DNA of 11,791 nt, taken from NCBI GenBank assembly GCA_035289485.1, contig DATDXA010000006.1, positions 1-11,791 on the forward strand, given 5' to 3'. The translations under genes and the position numbers were made by a program. The DNA is from an archaeon. Its GTDB lineage: Archaea; Iainarchaeota; Iainarchaeia; Iainarchaeales; Iainarchaeaceae. The notes beneath the pieces were generated by a model. That model had not been told where the DNA came from, made no database searches, and was given only the letters and a program-made list of their open reading frames with translations. Each line of letters begins with the position of its first letter. The first letter of the stretch is position 1. Below, piece by piece: positions 7,298 through 11,791 of the stretch.

Positions 7298-7864
7298 TTA
7301 TTTGCCTTTGCGCAAAACAAGCCATTTCGCAAGCTTGCGCGTTGCAAGAGCACGGTGCGAAATCCGGTTTTTCTCCTTTATGTCAAGATTAACTAGAGCA
7401 TTTGAATATCCAGCCGGGACAAAGAGTTTCTCATAAGGAAGGCGGTCTTTGTCAACTGAAACCGCGCGCAAAAGCAATTTTCCGCGCAAATACCCTGAGA
7501 AGACCTTGAAGGTTTTGCCGTCGTAATAGCAAATCGCGGTTCCGAAGTGCGCGCTGCGGTTCTTTACCCGGCGGATGAGCGAGAGAAGCCCGTCAAACCC
7601 AATTCCTTCATACACGCGCTTTGCAAAAATACCCGGAAAATTGTGATACGCATCAAAGTACACGCCGGTGTCCTCTGCAATCACCGGTTTTTTTAGTTTT
7701 GCAAATGCCTGCTCCGCTTTTGACTTTGCAACCTCTTCAATCGAATTGAAATCTGGCTCGAGTATCTTGAGGCTTTTTTGCTTAACTGAAATGCCATACT
7801 CAGAGAGGATTGCGGAAATTTCCCCGACCTTGTGGCGGTTTGTTGTGGCGATAAAAATCTGCAT
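7298..7864 (-). CDS. rdgB: Non-canonical purine NTP pyrophosphatase, RdgB/HAM1 family
   Basis: IATTNRHKVGE, AKSKA, AEDTG, FPG, YEKLF, KNRISHRALA (SHR signature). Confidence 0.95.
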   Translation of the reverse strand: MQIFIATTNRHKVGEISAILSEYGISVKQKSLKILEPDFNSIEEVAKSKAEQAFAKLKKPVIAEDTGVYFDAYHNFPGIFAKRVYEGIGFDGLLSLIRRVKNRSAHFGTAICYYDGKTFKVFSGYLRGKLLLRAVSVDKDRLPYEKLFVPAGYSNALVNLDIKEKNRISHRALATRKLAKWLVLRKGK

Positions 7865-7884
7865 CAGGGTTCACTTGAAATGTT

Positions 7885-8277
7885 TCACTTCGAATCCACG
7901 AGTTCTACAAAAGAGAGCTTGAGGCTAAAACCGGCCTTGGCCTTTGCGCGCACAACTGTTCCCTGTATCGGGGGCTTGTCAAAGGTGAAAACATTCATCT
8001 TCCCATAAAGCTCGCCATAGCTCAATTTGAAATTTCCGGAAACGCGCATAACCCTTGAATCCCTTGAAACCTTGGACTGGTAGGAGCTGCGCTCGAAATA
8101 ATTTACAGTGAGTTCTTTTAGAACCCCGTCAGCTTCCTCAACATTCACTTCAGAGACATTGTGCTCCTGCATCGCGGATTTTACTCCTTCGAGGATATTG
8201 TCATCCTCGTCAAAAAAAAGCTCGATGGTTTTTTTCATTCCCTTCTTGTTGAAGATGTGCGCGTCTATATGAGGCAT
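7885..8277 (-). CDS. PPC/DUF296-like domain protein, degenerate
   Basis: Pattern ELFFDEDDNILEGVKSAMQEHNV...G.LKELTVNYF...VSGNF...GTVV resembles the PPC (DUF296) fold. TATA-like TTTTTAA on the minus strand at 8302-8308. Confidence 0.6.
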   Translation of the reverse strand: MPHIDAHIFNKKGMKKTIELFFDEDDNILEGVKSAMQEHNVSEVNVEEADGVLKELTVNYFERSSYQSKVSRDSRVMRVSGNFKLSYGELYGKMNVFTFDKPPIQGTVVRAKAKAGFSLKLSFVELVDSK

Positions 8278-8313
8278 AAAGAGAAATAAATGGCGCAGGG
8301 GTTAAAAATGGTG

Positions 8314-8688
8314 CTATGGTTTCTGCCAGATGTCATAACCCTTTTTCTTGGAAAGCCGGCCCTTTTTTTGCCAAGGCGGATGGCCCTTGGGCCTACGCTT
8401 GCGCCGGTTATAATGCTCCACTGATTGTGCAAGGGCTCTAATCGTAGCCTCACCTACATTAAAGCCGCGGCTTTTTTCATAACGAATAATTTCAGGAGTT
8501 GGGAGGCGCTTTCCGGGGTTTCTGGCTAGGTGAGCCTGCAGCCTATAAAAAAATCCGTTTCTTTGAGAAATGCTGCTATTTGTGAGATCAAGAGGCCTAA
8601 AGCCCACACGCCCCTTAATTGTATAAGCAGGGTAGCCCTTGAATCCTTCTGGCGGCTCAGGCCTGCGAAGCTTTCTTATCCCACTCAT
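8314..8688 (-). CDS. Hypothetical highly basic (Arg/Lys-rich) protein, possibly nucleic-acid binding
   Basis: 124-aa ORF filling the gap; TATA-like T-run/AAA on the minus strand near 8719-8729. No recognisable family. Confidence 0.6.
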   Translation of the reverse strand: MSGIRKLRRPEPPEGFKGYPAYTIKGRVGFRPLDLTNSSISQRNGFFYRLQAHLARNPGKRLPTPEIIRYEKSRGFNVGEATIRALAQSVEHYNRRKRRPKGHPPWQKKGRLSKKKGYDIWQKP

Positions 8689-8802
8689 ATGGCCACATTA
8701 GAATAAATGGATTTTGCCCTTTAAAAAAATAGCCTTTGTTCCGCGCAAGCCTCACAGCGCATAAAGCCGTATGTTTTTTAAGCAAAAGAGAGTAATCTAA
8801 GC

Positions 8803-9045
8803 ATGGATGAATTCTTCGGCCTTGCAGGGCTCGCGCTCATTGTAATTGCTTGGATTCCGGGAGTTATGGAAACTATCCGGACCAGGAAAACCACGATGAA
8901 GCGCGAATTCATTGCCATCTATTTTCTGGGCTCGCTAAGCCTTACAATATACGGCTGGCAGCTGAACGCCATTCCTTTTGTAATACTAAATGCCCTTGCA
9001 GCGCTTGTGCCGCTCGTGCATGCCTATTATTACTTCAAGAAGTAA
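8803..9045 (+). CDS. SemiSWEET/PQ-loop-like small 3-TM membrane protein
   Basis: 80 aa, three hydrophobic helices; AWIPGVMETIRTRK resembles PQ-loop (PQxxKxxRxK), plus YG and LN in helices 2 and 3. TATA-like TTTTTTAA at 8774-8781. Confidence 0.75.
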   Translation: MDEFFGLAGLALIVIAWIPGVMETIRTRKTTMKREFIAIYFLGSLSLTIYGWQLNAIPFVILNALAALVPLVHAYYYFKK

Positions 9046-9114
9046 ATGCGCATACTACTATTTTCAGCGCAAATGAGCGAGCCTTTAAAATAGTTTCCGT
9101 AATCTTTGTGTAAC

Positions 9115-10350
9115 ATGGCAAAATCGCAGTATGATGTCATAATTGTCGGCGGCGGCCCTTCTGGAAGCTCAACTGCACTCTTTCTTGAAAAGCAGGGAGT
9201 AAAAAACGTCCTTCTTGTGGATAAGGCAAGGTTCCCGCGCGATAAAATATGCGGCGATGCATTCTCAGGCAAAAGCATGGGCCTTGCAAGGGAACTTGGC
9301 GTGGTAAATGATTATGACAGCGCCCCGCACGAACCGGTTTATGGAGTGCTCTTCAGCAACCCAAAAGGAACGCTTGTTGATATCCCATTCCCCGGAGCGG
9401 AGAAGGGAAGGAAATCCAAGCCCGGATTTTGCATGCGAAGAATTGACACGGACAATGTGCTGTTCCAGAACGCGAAGAAAAAAGTTGAAACGCTTGAAGA
9501 GTTCACGATTTCGGATTTGATTTTGGAAGACGGGTTTGTAAAAGGAATTAAAGGAAAGCAAAAAGATGGAAAAGAGCTTGAGATTCGCGCAAACATTGTT
9601 GTGGGCGCGGACGGAACCAGCAGCGTAGTTGCGCAAAAAGTAGGGCAGGGAGTTTGCCCGCCTGAACACCAAGTAATTGCAACGCGTGGATATTACCAGG
9701 GCGTTACTGGAATGACTGGCAATATCGAATTGCATTTTGTTGAAGAGGTAATGCCGGGATATTTCTGGATTTTCCCGCTAGATAACGGATGGTCCAATGT
9801 TGGCCTTGGAGTTCTTACAAGCGAGAAGCAGAAGAGGAAGATGAACCTAAAGGAATTGCAAGAGCAGATAATCGCAAACAATGCGATGTTTAAGGAAAGG
9901 TTCAAGGACGCGAAAATTGACGCGCAGGGAATAAAAATCTGGACACTGCCGCTTGGCTCGCATCACCGCAAAAACCACGGCAACGGATGGGTTCTGGTAG
10001 GGGACGCTGCATCACTCATTGACCCTTTTTCAGGCGAAGGCGTTGGAAACGCCATGACATCCGGAAAATTCGCGGCAAAAGCCATTGTTGCGGCGCTAAA
10101 CAGCAATGATTTTTCAGAAAAGGCATTTGATAATTATGATGCGGAGCTTTGGTCAACAATCGGGCCTGAACTTAAGACATCTTACAACCTGCAAAAACTC
10201 GGCAAGTTCAAAACACTTCTAAATATTGTAATTGACAAGGCTTCAACCAAGCCAGAAGTCAAGCGCGCAATCTCAGGAATGCTCGCAAACGAAGAGGCAA
10301 AAAAGGACCTGATATCCCCGCTTGGGCTTCTCAAGCTGCTGCTTACGTGA
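9115..10350 (+). CDS. Geranylgeranyl reductase family FAD-dependent oxidoreductase
   Basis: YDVIIVGGGPSG, FPRDKICGD, VGADG, PGYFWIFP, LVGDAASLIDPFSGEGV. ATG9115 lies about 25 nt after TTTAAAA (9084-9090). Confidence 0.92.
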   Translation: MAKSQYDVIIVGGGPSGSSTALFLEKQGVKNVLLVDKARFPRDKICGDAFSGKSMGLARELGVVNDYDSAPHEPVYGVLFSNPKGTLVDIPFPGAEKGRKSKPGFCMRRIDTDNVLFQNAKKKVETLEEFTISDLILEDGFVKGIKGKQKDGKELEIRANIVVGADGTSSVVAQKVGQGVCPPEHQVIATRGYYQGVTGMTGNIELHFVEEVMPGYFWIFPLDNGWSNVGLGVLTSEKQKRKMNLKELQEQIIANNAMFKERFKDAKIDAQGIKIWTLPLGSHHRKNHGNGWVLVGDAASLIDPFSGEGVGNAMTSGKFAAKAIVAALNSNDFSEKAFDNYDAELWSTIGPELKTSYNLQKLGKFKTLLNIVIDKASTKPEVKRAISGMLANEEAKKDLISPLGLLKLLLT

Positions 10351-10452
10351 AAAAGCCGGAATTGCACAATCTGCCTAGACAAATGCAGAAGCATCACAAC
10401 AATCTCGTCAAACGAAAAATCTAACAAACCTCTTTACATGGACAAAAAGCTC

Positions 10453-10503
10453 TTTATAAAGAATTGTAGCCATAAAATGCACCTATTTATAATGTGTAGC
10501 CAC
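10453..10503 (+). promoter_or_regulatory. Tandem TATA + TGTAGCCA units upstream of fic
   Basis: TTTATAAagaatTGTAGCCA (10453-10472) and TTTATAAtgTGTAGCCA (10486-10502); the two TGTAGCCA copies are 30 nt apart. Confidence 0.55.
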
Positions 10504-10516
10504 CTAATATTATTAT

Positions 10517-11455
10517 ATGTTTGTCGAAGTTAGAGAAGTCGGTGGAAAGAAAAAATACTATTTGGTTCATTCTTTCAGACATGACCAAAAGGTCAGAAAA
10601 ATTAGGAGATATTTAGGCACAAACCTAAACAAGGCAAAACTTAGAGATTTGAGACAAGTTGCGGAAAAGCAAATAATACAAAGAGTTAATGCCTTCAAAA
10701 AAATCAGTGACCCATTGCTTGAAGTTCTTTCAGAAGAAGAAATTCAAAAAATAAAGGAGCTGCAGGATAATAGCCAATTCAAAGTACTCCATCTTTCTGA
10801 AGAGGAATGGCAAAGATTTTCTGAAGTATTTACCTATAACACTAATGCTATTGAAGGCTCAGAACTTAATCAGAAAGAAGTCAAGGAGATACTGGAAAAG
10901 GACAAATGGCCCCAAGATAAAAGCAAAGAAGATATTTCAGAAGCTTATGGGGTAAAGGAAGCAATCCGGCTTATCCGTGAAACCAAAGAACACGTTTCCA
11001 TAGAAATTATCAAAAAAATCCATGAAATCGTCTTCAAAAATTCAAAACCATACGCCGGCCAGCTTAGGCCAAAAGGAATTGAAGTTGTAGTAAGAGACGG
11101 ACTTGGCAATATAGTTCATGAAGGTGCGCCTTCAGAAAAAGTGTCGGAACTGCTCAAAGAGCTTGTAAAATGGTATTCCGAATACCAAAAAAAGTACCCT
11201 CCATTGTTGCTCGCCGCGGTTATACATAACCAGTTTGAAAACATCCACCCTTTCCAGGATGGAAATGGGAGAGTAGGCAGAATCCTGATGAACAACATAC
11301 TCATAAAACACAGCTTACCGCCGGTAAACATTGACCTCAATAAGAGGAAAGAATATTACAAATCCCTCCAGGAGTACGAAAAAAACCACGATATTAGGCC
11401 AACAATAGAGCTTTTGCTCGAGGAATACAAGAAACTAAAAAAACAGCTTAGGTGA
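10517..11455 (+). CDS. fic: Fic-domain protein (AMPylase), class II with N-terminal autoinhibitory helix
   Basis: Canonical HPFQDGNGRVGR catalytic motif; inhibitory (S/T)xxxE(G/N) motif TNAIEG; basic N-terminal extension. Confidence 0.93.
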   Translation: MFVEVREVGGKKKYYLVHSFRHDQKVRKIRRYLGTNLNKAKLRDLRQVAEKQIIQRVNAFKKISDPLLEVLSEEEIQKIKELQDNSQFKVLHLSEEEWQRFSEVFTYNTNAIEGSELNQKEVKEILEKDKWPQDKSKEDISEAYGVKEAIRLIRETKEHVSIEIIKKIHEIVFKNSKPYAGQLRPKGIEVVVRDGLGNIVHEGAPSEKVSELLKELVKWYSEYQKKYPPLLLAAVIHNQFENIHPFQDGNGRVGRILMNNILIKHSLPPVNIDLNKRKEYYKSLQEYEKNHDIRPTIELLLEEYKKLKKQLR

Positions 11456-11481
11456 CCACAAAATCGAAAGGCGTGGTCACC
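11450..11481. repeat. 9-bp inverted repeat GGTGACCAC-N13-GTGGTCACC overlapping the fic stop; first copy of AGGTGRCCACAAAA
   Basis: Arms at 11451-11459 and 11473-11481 are perfect reverse complements. Confidence 0.75.
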
Positions 11482-11512
11482 CAGTGATAACTGATATGGA
11501 GTTGAGAAAATA

Positions 11513-11761
11513 GTGAAAGTAACTGTCGAAGTAACGAACAAGGAACTTGATGCCATGGAAGACCTTGCAGTGGCATGGAATCTTTGCGATAAACACAAAC
11601 GCATTCACAATGCTAGTGAAGAGCAAAACTTCAAGTTCACGCAAACCTGCAAAAAATGCGTAAAAATCAACAAAGAAGTAAGAGGAAAAACGCTGCACCT
11701 TTGGAGCAAACTAGTGACAGGATACCTAAAGGCAAGCAAAAAACGTGGCAGGAAATTGTGA
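11513..11761 (+). CDS. Small hypothetical protein (82 aa) with CxxH and CxxC, possibly Zn-binding
   Basis: GTG start with GGAG upstream (11498-11501); LCDKHKRIH...TCKKC; basic C-terminus. Confidence 0.65.
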   Translation: MKVTVEVTNKELDAMEDLAVAWNLCDKHKRIHNASEEQNFKFTQTCKKCVKINKEVRGKTLHLWSKLVTGYLKASKKRGRKL

Positions 11762-11777
11762 GTGAAAATGCAGCCAA

Positions 11778-11791
11778 AGGTGGCCACAAAA
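11778..11791 (+). repeat. Second copy AGGTGGCCACAAAA (runs to the window edge)
   Basis: 13/14 identical to 11450-11463; both copies are preceded by CAGC. Confidence 0.65.

Noticed and set aside
10351..10533. Open frame after the reductase TGA containing CTIC (possible readthrough extension)
   Set aside because: The reductase is already full length, and the frame crosses the fic promoter and start. Probably chance.
11477..11787. Minus-strand ORFs at the right end
   Set aside because: They overlap the plus-strand ORF, which has an SD and K/E-rich codon usage like fic; their F/L/S-rich composition is typical of antisense frames.
10453..11791. CRISPR array or canonical integron attC
   Set aside because: Repeats are too short, too few and irregularly spaced; no RYYYAAC/GTTRRRY boxes and no cas or integrase gene in the window.

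Overview
Archaeal window, inferred to come from a DPANN-type lineage (TATA-box promoters about 25-30 nt upstream of short or leaderless transcripts, T-tract terminators, archaeal-type tRNA-Leu without encoded CCA). Bases 1-6780 form an extended copper-handling locus. It begins with three genes for uncharacterised Cys-tailed proteins, two of which end in an identical MVGGC tail and two of which (207, 448) have visible membrane or lipoprotein anchors. Next is a membrane-anchored winged-helix regulator with two matching TTTCA-N6-TGAAA operator candidates in its divergent promoter. A tightly coupled operon follows: cupredoxin (CupA-like), CxxC membrane protein, CopZ, HMA plus Met/Gly-rich membrane protein, and CopA (YHS + 2 HMA). 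Downstream lie a 44-aa hyper-acidic sORF absent from the ORF track, tRNA-Leu(CAG), RdgB/HAM1, a degenerate PPC/DUF296-like protein, a basic ORFan, a SemiSWEET/PQ-loop-like protein and a geranylgeranyl-reductase-family flavoprotein. The AT-richer right end holds a class II Fic gene and a small Cys/His ORF, each followed by a near-identical AGGTGRCCACAAAA motif.
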